Shown here one piece after another: positions 1 to 8,644 of a DNA stretch of 64,000 nucleotides (the stretch's first letter is position 1; each line of letters starts with the position of its first letter). The DNA comes from an uncultured Gemmatimonadales bacterium. Lineage in GTDB: Bacteria > Gemmatimonadota > Gemmatimonadetes > Gemmatimonadales > GWC2-71-9. The stretch spans positions 768,001-832,000 of the forward strand of contig CAWGED010000005.1 of assembly GCA_963821525.1 (NCBI GenBank), written 5' to 3'. Under the pieces are notes generated by a model, which ran no database searches, had not been told where the DNA came from, and saw only the letters and a list, made by a program, of their open reading frames with translations. A program made the position numbers and the translations under genes.

Positions 1-60
1 TTCACGATCCCCGAGCGCATCTGATCTCGAGGCAACCTGGTCCGCACCGCAGGAGGACAA

Positions 61-340
61 ATGGAGGTTCCTCTCGGGGAATTGCGGGATATGTGAAGAC
101 GAGAGCATGTAGCACGCTCCCGGTTAGCAGCCCAGACAGATGTCTCTAGGCTCTTCGAAGGTGCAGGGATCGGGATGGACTCGCAATGACTTTGGGCCTG
201 CCCAAAAGGATTACTCGGACTTGAGGGACCTGGGCCGGATTGGCCCTTGCTTCGACTCGCAACGTGAAACCTCGGGACTATTTGATCTATGCCTTGGTCT
301 GGTTAGCAACTAAGAGGATGGCATCCACCAAGTTTGCCGA
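61..340 (+). pseudogene. Possible degraded small hypothetical gene
   Basis: Strong RBS (aggagg) precedes ATG 61, but the frame stops early. Protein-like segments (e.g. YLIYALVWLAT) continue in other frames, and GC is lower than the surroundings. Confidence 0.2.
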
Positions 341-475
341 AGTGCCGGGACTGGCCGAGGATGGGCAACGTGACCGATGGCCATTCGGTCCGCTGATTGG
401 GATTCGGCGGACAGAATCGGATAGCTCTCCCTGGAGAATCCGGTATTGTGGTCGCGACTCCTTCGAGACACGAGC

Positions 476-952
476 ATGGCCACTTTCCGTTACGCTGGTA
501 TTACCAAAGCTCTCGCCGACGAGGTCCGGCAGACTCGCCGCTCGCCGCAGTACGGGCACCCAGCCCACCAGGAACTGGCCAAGGGCACCGGCCCCTGTCG
601 CCTTTGCCTCAGGACCTTCGCGGTGGGAGAGGAGGAGCGGATCCTCTTTACCTACCAACCGTTCTCAGAACCCGGTAGTCTGCCGGCGCCTGGCCCGGTG
701 TTCATCCACGCCGAAACCTGCCAGCGCTACGACGCGCCGAGTCTCCCCGACGATTTTCGGAAACTGCCCATGGTGATCGAGGGATACCTGGTGGAGGGGA
801 AGCTCGCGATTCAGACCCGGGTGAACGGGACGCCTCCCGAACAGGTGATCAGTGAGGCATTCGCGATACCCGGTGTCCGGTACGTACATATAAGGAATGG
901 AGAGGCCGGCTGCTTCATGGCGCGGGTGGATAAGGAAACGGGCGACGACTGA
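476..952 (+). CDS. DUF1203 domain-containing protein
   Basis: PCRLCL, GPVFIHA and YVHIRNGEAGCF motifs are typical of DUF1203. ATG 476 preferred over GTG 446. Confidence 0.85.
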   Translation: MATFRYAGITKALADEVRQTRRSPQYGHPAHQELAKGTGPCRLCLRTFAVGEEERILFTYQPFSEPGSLPAPGPVFIHAETCQRYDAPSLPDDFRKLPMVIEGYLVEGKLAIQTRVNGTPPEQVISEAFAIPGVRYVHIRNGEAGCFMARVDKETGDD

Positions 953-994
953 GTGTCGCCGCCCGGTCCCGTGTGCTCGTTGTTTTCGGTCCGT

Positions 995-1385
995 TCCGCG
1001 GTTTTCGGGTTAATGCGCGAACGCTTTGATCCGCGATCTTCCCCCCTTGGGGTGGGGGACGGGATCGCGTTTTTGGGATGTCCAGTGCGAGCGATTCGCA
1101 CCATCTCTCGGGGAGCAAGTCCGCGCGTCGCCGATGCCGCGTACTGAAGTATTTCGGTTAACCTCTCAATCGGCTCTTCTTCGATATTCCCCCGTTGGGG
1201 TGGGGGGCGCATCCGCGTTTTCCTGCACCTTGAATCCTGACTCCAGCTGGATCTCGGTCGGCTTCCGCAGTAAGTAGCAGGAAAGGTGTCGCTTCCGCGG
1301 CTTTTCGATTACCACCGCATCTTCCCCTTGTTCGATATTCCCCCCTTGGGATAGGGGGCGTGCTCGCGTTTTCATGCCCTTGATC
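995..1385. repeat. Three degenerate repeat units with ~150 bp period; core CGATATTCCCCCCTTGGGGTGGGGGGCG-N-CGCGTTTTC
   Basis: Core copies start at 1034, 1182 and 1333. An upstream block ttccgcgg(c)ttttcg recurs at 995 and 1293. Confidence 0.8.
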
Positions 1386-1956
1386 ACGACTCCGCCGAGT
1401 CCGCCACGACGGAGAACGTCTTCCGTCCCCGCGCACCGGCTGCGAGGCCCGCGGCGAAGCCGAGGAAGACCGCTCCGCTGAGGATGATGAGCGATCCGCC
1501 GAGCCCCGGCTTGGCGGACATGAGCGCTACGACTCCCAGGCCGATGCCGGTCCGAAGCCAGGCCGACAGCAGCAACACGGGGTCTTGGAGCTGGCGCCGC
1601 AGGGCGGGGGAGAGCGCACCTTCGCCCGACAGTTCCTTCGCCATCGAGCCAATCCGGCGCCCGGTGACCACCGCTCCCAGGACAGCCATCGTGACCAGTC
1701 CGATCAACCCAAGGATGATCCAGGGCTGGGATCCCCACCGTGTCACGGTCAGGTAAATACCGGTGATGATGAGGGTGAGGCCGGAGGGACCTCCCACCCG
1801 GCGAAGGCCCTGGAGTAACCCCGCCCAGTCCCGGAACTGGCCGACCGATCGGGCTCGGCGGAGATTGGAGAGGCCGGCCCACTCCAGGGCGAGGGCGGCG
1901 AAGAGACCGAGTGCGCCTACGATGTGGAGAAACAGAGCGGCGTAGTACAGAGACAT
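1384..1956 (-). CDS. Integral membrane protein (DUF2269-like)
   Basis: MSLYYAALFLHIVGALG start, C-terminal LMSAKP motif, 5-6 hydrophobic segments, RBS ggaggg before ATG 1956. Confidence 0.7.
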   Translation of the reverse strand: MSLYYAALFLHIVGALGLFAALALEWAGLSNLRRARSVGQFRDWAGLLQGLRRVGGPSGLTLIITGIYLTVTRWGSQPWIILGLIGLVTMAVLGAVVTGRRIGSMAKELSGEGALSPALRRQLQDPVLLLSAWLRTGIGLGVVALMSAKPGLGGSLIILSGAVFLGFAAGLAAGARGRKTFSVVADSAES

Positions 1957-2022
1957 GGGACCCTCCATGACAGTGCAATCTGAAGCGAAGCCACGGCAGT
2001 GCCGCCGAAGCGGCACTCTATA

Positions 2023-2049
2023 TTTAGTTGTACTGTACGTACAATTAAA
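2023..2049. promoter_or_regulatory. Palindromic operator in the divergent intergenic region (likely TetR site)
   Basis: TTTAGTTGTAC-N5-GTACAATTAAA (1 mismatch), AT-rich, overlapping a TACAAT -10-like hexamer just upstream of the TetR start. Confidence 0.7.
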
Positions 2050-2060
2050 GTAGGCGTTTC

Positions 2061-2690
2061 ATGACTCCTCGCCCCTATCGCCAGGGCCGGCGCCAGCTCG
2101 CCGCCCAAAAGACCCGCGCCAAGGTCCTCCGCGCCGCCCGGTCCCTCCTGACCGGGAGGGGAACCGAACGTTTCAGCCTGGACGCGGTCGCTGAGCGGGC
2201 TGGGGTGGCCCGGATGACGGTCTATTACCAGTTCCGCTCCCGGCGGGGGCTGATCGAGGCGCTCTTCGACTCGTTCGCGGAGGGAGGCGAACTACCGGAG
2301 CAATTAGGAGTTGCGTTTCAGCAGTCGGATCCTGATCAGGTCCTGGCCGGTGTGGTCAGCGCCTTTGCCCATTTCTGGCAGGCCGGACGGACCTGGGTCC
2401 GCCGGGTGCGAGCCCTGGGCGTGCTGGACGCCGAGCTGGGAGCGGCGATCGAGGCGCGGAATGCCCGGCGGCGTCAGGTGATGCGGACTGTGATGGAACG
2501 CATGATACAGCGACGGGGCCGTCCGTCCGCCACCGAACGGGCCGAGGTGGAGGAGGTCCTGTACGCGCTGACCAGTTTCGAAATGTTCGACGCGCTGGCG
2601 GGCCCGAAGCGAAGCCTCGAGGATATCGCCCCGACCGTGCTGCGGCTGGCCCGGGCGGCGCTTAACCAGCAAGACGGATCTCGCCGGTGA
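2061..2690 (+). CDS. TetR/AcrR family transcriptional regulator
   Basis: N-terminal HTH: FSLDAVAERAGVARMTVYYQF. Confidence 0.92.
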   Translation: MTPRPYRQGRRQLAAQKTRAKVLRAARSLLTGRGTERFSLDAVAERAGVARMTVYYQFRSRRGLIEALFDSFAEGGELPEQLGVAFQQSDPDQVLAGVVSAFAHFWQAGRTWVRRVRALGVLDAELGAAIEARNARRRQVMRTVMERMIQRRGRPSATERAEVEEVLYALTSFEMFDALAGPKRSLEDIAPTVLRLARAALNQQDGSRR

Positions 2691-3655
2691 CGGCTCGCAG
2701 CGATCATTTCGATGGCCGGCGGTTCTTCAATCCGGGCGGCGCGAATGGCCAGCCTTTCTGGAAGGCACCATCCATGCTGCTCACGCCAAGAACCCGGTGG
2801 CCGTCGAATGTTCCCGTTGACCAGAAACAGCCGCCGCAGGCTGGGCCGGGAGATGTTGTCGTCACGTTCATCGGCCACGCCTCCTTTCTCCTGCAGATTG
2901 GGGACATCAAACTGCTGATCGATCCGGTCTATTCCGAACGAGCGAGCCCGTTTTCCTTCATCGGTCCCCGCAGGGTACGGGCGCCGGGAGTACGATTCGA
3001 CGATCTGCCTCCGATTTCCTGCGTGCTGTTGAGTCACAATCACTACGATCACTGCGACCTGCGGACTCTGCGCGCTCTCGACCGGCGCTTTCACATGCCG
3101 ATCGTGACGCCAGTCGGCAATCGGCGACTGCTCCAGTCAGCCGGCATCGAGCACATCGAGGAACTCGACTGGTGGGAGAACGCTCATACCGCACCGCTCC
3201 CCGTCACGCTCACCCCGGCCCAGCACTTCTCGGCCCGCCACCCGTTCGACCGGAACCGTGCGCTGTGGGCAGGGTTCCTGATCGAGGCGTTTGGCCGGCG
3301 GATCCTGTTCGCGGGAGATACCGGGTATGGCGCGCATTTCCGGGAGATCGCGGCGCGGTTGGGCCCGATCGACTTCGCCTTGATCCCGATCGGAGCCTAC
3401 GAGCCGCGCTGGTTCATGAAGGACATCCATATGAATCCCGCGGAAGCCGTGCAGGCGCACCTCGATCTTGCGGCGAGGGAAAGTCTTGCCATGCATTTCG
3501 GGACTTTTCAGTTGACACCGGAGGGCTTAGACGACCCTCCTCGTGAACTTGCGAAGGCATTACTCGAGCGGGGCGTTCCCGCGGAGCGATTCAGGACCGT
3601 TGCGGTGGGCGAGTCAGTTTTGGTTAGGGCGGCGCCAGACGCGATAGGTGGGTGA
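2687..3655 (+). CDS. MBL-fold metallo-hydrolase (NAPE-PLD/RomA-like)
   Basis: SHNHYDHCD, FAGDTGY, PIGAYEPRW and MHFGTF motifs; GTGA overlap with the TetR gene. Confidence 0.9.
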   Translation: MTARSDHFDGRRFFNPGGANGQPFWKAPSMLLTPRTRWPSNVPVDQKQPPQAGPGDVVVTFIGHASFLLQIGDIKLLIDPVYSERASPFSFIGPRRVRAPGVRFDDLPPISCVLLSHNHYDHCDLRTLRALDRRFHMPIVTPVGNRRLLQSAGIEHIEELDWWENAHTAPLPVTLTPAQHFSARHPFDRNRALWAGFLIEAFGRRILFAGDTGYGAHFREIAARLGPIDFALIPIGAYEPRWFMKDIHMNPAEAVQAHLDLAARESLAMHFGTFQLTPEGLDDPPRELAKALLERGVPAERFRTVAVGESVLVRAAPDAIGG

Positions 3656-4007
3656 GAACGCAGCGCCAGCTCGAGCCCTCGCGGATGAACATGTTGGATT
3701 GCCGTTCGACCTCGCGGAACGCATGGCCGCGAAACTTTCCCGCCGAAACTCCGCTCGCCGTGACGATCGCCGCACTGCCGTAGACCCGGATCTGGACGTC
3801 CTCCGATTCCATGACATCATGGCTTAGCTCTCCGGATTCGATCACAGCCAGGAATGCGGCCCTGTCGATCGTCCGGCCGTCGGAGCCGATGAGGATCCAA
3901 TCCTCCGCCATGTAGCGGCCAATCTCGTCCGTGTCGTTGCGGATCATGGCGGCATCCCAATCGCGCACGACCGCGAGGAGTTCGGCCTCGGGTCCTGAAG
4001 TTGTCAT
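3624..4007 (-). CDS. NTF2-like/DUF4440 family protein
   Basis: WDAAMIRND, VRVYG-like and WRCVLTHLS patterns; start overlaps the stop of the upstream gene. Confidence 0.85.
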   Translation of the reverse strand: MTTSGPEAELLAVVRDWDAAMIRNDTDEIGRYMAEDWILIGSDGRTIDRAAFLAVIESGELSHDVMESEDVQIRVYGSAAIVTASGVSAGKFRGHAFREVERQSNMFIREGSSWRCVLTHLSRLAPP

Positions 4008-4543
4008 GTCGCGTCTCGCTTCCTCAGTCCCCATCCGAACAGCGCCAGGAACATCGCCGGAATCCAAATCCACACAAATTCACTCTTCAGCACCGTCAGC
4101 GCCCGATCGGTGAAGAACCGGGAGACGCCGATCGGGGAGACTCGTATCGGAGTCCAGGGCAGAAAGTATCGAGCGTTGGAGAACGGTGCGAAGAACGCGA
4201 CGCCCAGGCCGCCGTCGGTCATCGCATCGAGGAAACCGTGGCTGGCGGTGGCGAGGAAGAGATAGGCAAACAGGGCCTTGCTACCGAGCCCCGGGAAGCC
4301 GTGCCGAAAGAAGGTAAAGGTGACGAGGCCGGCGAGTGCCGCGGCGAAGGGCAGGGAATGGGTCAGGCCCCGGTGGCCCAGCGGATCTCCGTAGTGGATG
4401 CCGAGGCCGAAGCCGAGGACATCGAGATCGGGCAGCACTGAACAGAGGGCACCGGCGACCCAGAAACGCTTCGGAACTCCCGGCCGGTAGAAGCAGGCGC
4501 CGATACTGAGTGCTGCGATCGCGTGGGAGAACGCTGAGGGCAA
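4004..4543 (-). CDS. Membrane-bound metal-dependent hydrolase (YdjM/DUF457 family)
   Basis: LPDLD, HRGLTHS and SHGFLDAMTDGG motifs. Confidence 0.9.
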   Translation of the reverse strand: MPSAFSHAIAALSIGACFYRPGVPKRFWVAGALCSVLPDLDVLGFGLGIHYGDPLGHRGLTHSLPFAAALAGLVTFTFFRHGFPGLGSKALFAYLFLATASHGFLDAMTDGGLGVAFFAPFSNARYFLPWTPIRVSPIGVSRFFTDRALTVLKSEFVWIWIPAMFLALFGWGLRKRDAT

Positions 4544-4618
4544 ATCGATTCTCCGGCTGGGGCGCCTACTCCGTAATCACCCGGCTCCGCCTCCACCAGC
4601 GAACGAAGATCCTGGGAT

Positions 4619-4693
4619 CCCGAACGTGGCCAGTTGCCAGATCCGCGTCGCGCGCCTTGCACTCATTCGACTGTGCTGCAACGGTTGCTAGGC
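4619..4693 (-). other. Degenerate attC-like site downstream of the HXXEE gene
   Basis: Minus strand reads GCCTAGC-AACCG-TTGCAGC ... GTTCGGG, resembling R''-spacer-L'' and R' boxes with mismatches. Confidence 0.3.
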
Positions 4694-4716
4694 GCCGCGG
4701 GCTCGGGGGCAAGATG

Positions 4717-5466
4717 CTACGCGCTCGCAGACAGCGACGAAACGGGCCGCAGCAACTCAGGCTTGAAGAACCGGCTCGCAAGGGCCGCCAAGATGATTGG
4801 CGTGAAGCCGACCACGACGGCGTGGACCAGCAGGCCCGCATTGCCGATCACCCCGGCCTTGTAAAGCCGTATCCTATGAAAAGGAAAGCATGGGTGACGG
4901 CTCCGGAGACGTACGACACCCCACGACCTTGCCGCTGTATGGCCCGCGAATCGCGGAGACGTAATGACGCAGACGGAGAACGGATAAACAAGAAGACGGC
5001 GCTCCACAGACCGGTGTTGTAAGAGCGGCGGCGATGCCCCCCGCGGTGTGCACAAGACCGTTGGCGAAGAGCAATCCCCAGAAGCTGAGGCCGATGAGGA
5101 GGTTGCGCTTGCAGAGGTACGCCGCGAGCGGTGCCCCGAACCACATGAGAGCGATGTTCACCGTCGGGTAGAAGGCCAGCGGAATAGGGCAGTCCGGATA
5201 TGGCTGAAAGCCTATCTTCTGGCAGATCATTTCCTGGATTGAGTAGTTAAAGCCCAGCGTCGGCAGGCTGTATTCTTCGAACTGATGAATCCAGTAGAAC
5301 GGCGCGGCAAGCCACGCCAGCCACGTGGATCACGCCAGCGTGACACCGTGGTGTTACCACGGAATGTGTCGGTCAGCAGCAAGATGGGGACCATCACGAT
5401 AGCTCATCCCAGCCCTATGAAGGGCCACACGGAGTAGAACCAGTGTGTTTGCGCGGTGCTCCCTAT
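4717..5466 (-). pseudogene. HXXEE domain membrane protein, disrupted
   Basis: FYWIHQFEEY motif near 5270-5300. In-frame TGA at 5404-5406, no ATG (ATA at 5466) and several frameshifts. Confidence 0.7.
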
Positions 5467-5492
5467 TGTTGTGGTCGTGGCCTTTGTGAGCG

Positions 5493-5515
5493 ACCTAACC
5501 TGATCTTCTGCTGCG
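5493..5515 (-). other. attC-like right half (L'/R' boxes)
   Basis: Minus strand gcagcagaa-gatcag-GTTAGGT matches the GTTRRRY core, sitting between the truncated DsrE gene and the HXXEE gene. Confidence 0.35.
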
Positions 5516-5544
5516 CCATCTTGCCCGAGGGCTTCCGCCACCGA

Positions 5545-5771
5545 CGCATAAGTACCACCGCCTCGCCCAGCAGGTAGATCTGGACCTGGTGCCCTGCCTC
5601 GGCGAGGGCCAGGCCGTGAGAGAACGGGAAGGCGGCCTTGGTGGGATCATCCGAGCCACAGGCGCGCTTGATCAGAATCTTGAGCGGGGCCGCGCGAATT
5701 CTCGACGGCGGATGCCGGTAGCAGTGCCGCAAGAGGTCACGGGAGCTGGGCGAGTAGCTCCGTCGCGCCAT
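5545..5771 (-). pseudogene. Truncated DsrE-family protein (N-terminal part only)
   Basis: LKILIK..GSDDPTKAAFPF.HGLALAEAGHQVQIYLLGEAVVLMR; similarity ends abruptly near 5545. Confidence 0.65.
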
Positions 5772-5792
5772 GGAAACCTCCCGATGGAACGG

Positions 5793-6167
5793 TTACCGGG
5801 ACTTCGGTGGTTCCTGGTAAAGGCCGATGATGTTCCCGCCCGGATCGCGGAACCGCGCCGTGATCTCCGGTGCATCGACGCCCAGTGGCTGCACGATCGT
5901 GCCCCCGGCCGCGACAACGGACTTCACGGCAGCCTCGACGCTATCCACCATGATGTAGAAGAGCAGGCCGGGTGCAGGCGACGCTGGACGACCGATAACC
6001 CAGGCTCCGCTCACTTCACCCGTCGTATCGTCGAATGCGGTGGCTCCGTCACCCCGCTTGCGAATGTTCCAGCCAAACACCTTCGAATAGAACTCGGCGG
6101 ACTTGGCCACGTCCGTCGCGGGCATTTCGAGGTAGCAGATCTTGCCGTTTCTGTTGGTAGGGGACAT
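5793..6167 (-). CDS. VOC/glyoxalase family protein
   Basis: GKICYLEMPA..FYSKVFGW and ARFRDPGGNIIGLYQ. Confidence 0.92.
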   Translation of the reverse strand: MSPTNRNGKICYLEMPATDVAKSAEFYSKVFGWNIRKRGDGATAFDDTTGEVSGAWVIGRPASPAPGLLFYIMVDSVEAAVKSVVAAGGTIVQPLGVDAPEITARFRDPGGNIIGLYQEPPKSR

Positions 6168-6172
6168 GAGGG

Positions 6173-6210
6173 GATTGGTAATTGGAAATTGACAATTGGT
6201 AATTGAAAAT
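6173..6210. repeat. AT-rich heptamer tandem array (AATTGNN)n
   Basis: attggt aattgga aattgac aattggt aattgaa, just upstream of the VOC start. Confidence 0.8.
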
Positions 6211-6273
6211 AGACCCGACCTTGGCGATCACCCAGATCTCTGATGATGGAAGGCGGTCCTTTCGCAGTTGTCT

Positions 6274-7549
6274 CTACGGCCGAAAGATATCGGCGAGCCG
6301 GGCGATGTAGATATCGCTATTCCCGTTCCTGTCGTCTTCCCACACCAGGTAGTCCTGTGAAATCCAGGGGAGCCGCTGCGAGGAAGCGAGATTGGTGACA
6401 CGTACCTGCCTCCCGGCGTCGAGATCGTAGGCGTAGATCTCGTCGTTTGCGCTCATCCACGCGATACGGGCGCCCCACATCGTGAGCGCATTCTCGAAGG
6501 AATCGGCGTTCACCGGACGCTCGTGGTCCGACCGGTTGAAGTCGTACTCGTAGAGGCTGAAGAGTCCTCCCCGACTGTCGCCCCAGACGATGCGATCGCC
6601 GAAGATGGCGCTGCCTCGCGCCAGGGTGGTACCCTCGGTGAGGCGGGTCTCGATTCCTGTCGAGAAGTCGTAGGTGTAGAGGTCCCACCAGGTCCCGTGG
6701 TTCCGCTTGTCCGACCAGGTCGCGCTGTCGCCGAAGATCGCCGGATCCGCTTGGTCGGTGGTGTCGGTGGTGAGCCGAGTCTCCTTCTTGGTATTGAAAT
6801 CGTAGGTGTAGATGTCCCAGTTGTTGTTCCGGTTCATGTGCCAGGCCGCCCGATGGCCGGACAGGGCCAACCGACCGAAGCCGTAATTGCGGTCGGCGGT
6901 TGCGAATTGTGTTTCCTGTCCGGTGTTCAGGTCGTAAGTCAGGAGTTGCCAGTCCCCTGTGGGGGGGAGCCGGACATATATCACCCGATCGCCGTCGATG
7001 GTTGGGATGGTGTTGTCGGTATTTATCGGCGTGAGCGTTGTGGTGTCTCCAGTGACCAGGTCGAGGAGGACGACGGCCTTATTTCCAGGCGCTAACCAGT
7101 CCCCGAAGACCACCCGGTTTCCCGATACTGAAGGGAAATCCTGAGTATTAGGAGCATCGGTCAGCCGGCACCAGGAGTCGAGCTGGGTATCGGGTTTGCA
7201 AAAGGTGATGGCGGGGACGACGTGAAAGGAGGCAGTGCCGGTGACGCCTGCCGCGCTGGCCCTGACCGTCGCGGAGCCGCCGGCGAAGCCGGTCACAACG
7301 CCGTTCTCATCAACCGAGGCGACGGCCAGGTCGTCGGTGGTCCAGGTTATCGTGACACCACTGACGACCGCCCCGTTTTGGTCGGTGAGGTGCGCCGTGT
7401 ACTGTGCCCGTCCTCCGACATCCAGGGTTGCAGGCCCGGTCACGGTCAGTTGAGCAGGCTGATCGCCGGTCGTACTCGTACTCTCCCCGCACCCAGGCGA
7501 GAAGCACGATTCCAGCGACCAGCGTCAGGCCAACGGGTGCCCGGCTCAC
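6274..7549 (-). CDS. Lipoprotein with Ig-like (Big_2) domain and beta-propeller repeats (one frameshift near 7493)
   Basis: Signal/lipobox IVLLA-G-C restored by one indel; VASVDENGVVTG Ig motif; repeated P.I.GD.VVW.D.R.G.WDIY blades. Confidence 0.75.
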
Positions 7550-8074
7550 CGCCTTAGCTGCCATGACGATCGTCTCCGTTCCGCTCACCCCATTCGCTGG
7601 ATCAGCATCGGGATGCTCATGCGCATCCTTGCCTTCGAGCGTGGCATAGTCCGCCGCCTGCTGCTCGTAGGTATCGATCGAGGGGCTGTCGCCGCGGGTG
7701 GGGCGCTGTCCAGGGGATTCCGGGCACCAGACCCTGATGGTGTACTTGCCGCCGGCGGTGCCGGTGCTCGCGTGCTCGGCGACCAGCATGCCGGGTCCTT
7801 CGAAGGCTGGTCCATCGGGCGACTTCACCTTACAGGTGACTTTTCCGGCAGCGACCGTGGCCGTGATCGATCGGCTCTGGGTGCCGTCGGCGGTCTTAAG
7901 CTCGGAGGAGTAGCTCACGGTCCCGCTGTAGTAGTGCGCGCAGTTCCAGTTCGAGAGGCTGTCGGTCTTGCACCCGGACCAGGGGCCGCTGGCCTGAGCT
8001 CGCAGGTGAGCCGGGCCTTGCGACAGTACGAGTGGAAGCAGGAATAGAGCGGCACGTCGGGGCAGCATCGCCAT
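7546..8074 (-). CDS. Secreted hypothetical protein (frameshift near the 3' end)
   Basis: RBS ggagg before ATG 8074; signal peptide MAMLPRRAALFLLPLVL..AQ. One indel gives ..TISWQLRR* with a GTGA overlap onto the next gene. Confidence 0.6.
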
Positions 8075-8097
8075 GGGGCCTCCTGGCCTGGGGGAAT

Positions 8098-8180
8098 CCC
8101 TACCGGCGATAAGCTGCGGCCTGCGGCGGCGGGAGACAAGCCGTGCACTCATGCTGCTGTGATTCAGCAGGCGTTTGGGC
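8098..8180 (-). other. Degenerate attC-like site after the AAA kinase gene
   Basis: Minus strand gcccaaac-gcctg-ctgaatc ... gccgcagctta-tcgcc-ggtaggg; about 83 bp. Confidence 0.3.
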
Positions 8181-8638
8181 GAGTCGCCTACCCGATCGAA
8201 CAACGCCATCTCCTCGGGCGTCGGCACCTGAAAGATCGCGAACCACTTCGCGACGTCTTCCTGGGTTATTGGAGGGTTCTCCCGGTCGCGCTCTCTGATC
8301 CGCTGGTAGAGAGTATCGGCAGGTGCCGACACGTAGCGCAGTTCAACCGCCGCTCCCAGCTCGCGGGCTCGGAGACGTAACGCATCACGCTCGGCTCGTG
8401 CCCAGGTGCCCCATTCGATAATGACGACCATGCCGAGCGCGAGGAGGCGCTGTGCGAGGGTCCACTGCAATGTCTCGATGCGCTGGCGGCTCTCCTCATC
8501 GTAGAGATTGATACTCAACGCGTCCATCCAGTCGTCGGGCGACAGGCGAACGGCACTAAAGTCATGTTCCAGCGCCTGGGCGACCGTGGTCTTCCCGGAG
8601 CCAGGAAGGCCACATACGATGATCAGCCGAGCCTTCAC
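8175..8638 (-). CDS. AAA_33/P-loop nucleotide kinase-like protein (no stop visible; reads into the next gene)
   Basis: Walker A GLPGSGKT, RLSPDDW and EWGTWARAER. End coordinate approximate. Confidence 0.8.
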
Positions 8639-8644
8639 GGTGCC

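Noticed and set aside
995..1385. CRISPR array
   Set aside because: Only three degenerate units, spacers of ~110 bp with internal similarity, and no cas genes in the window.
7310..8638. 442-aa AAA kinase/secreted protein fusion in the ORF track
   Set aside because: An internal RBS and signal peptide at 8074 and a GTGA junction at 7546-7549 indicate three separate genes.
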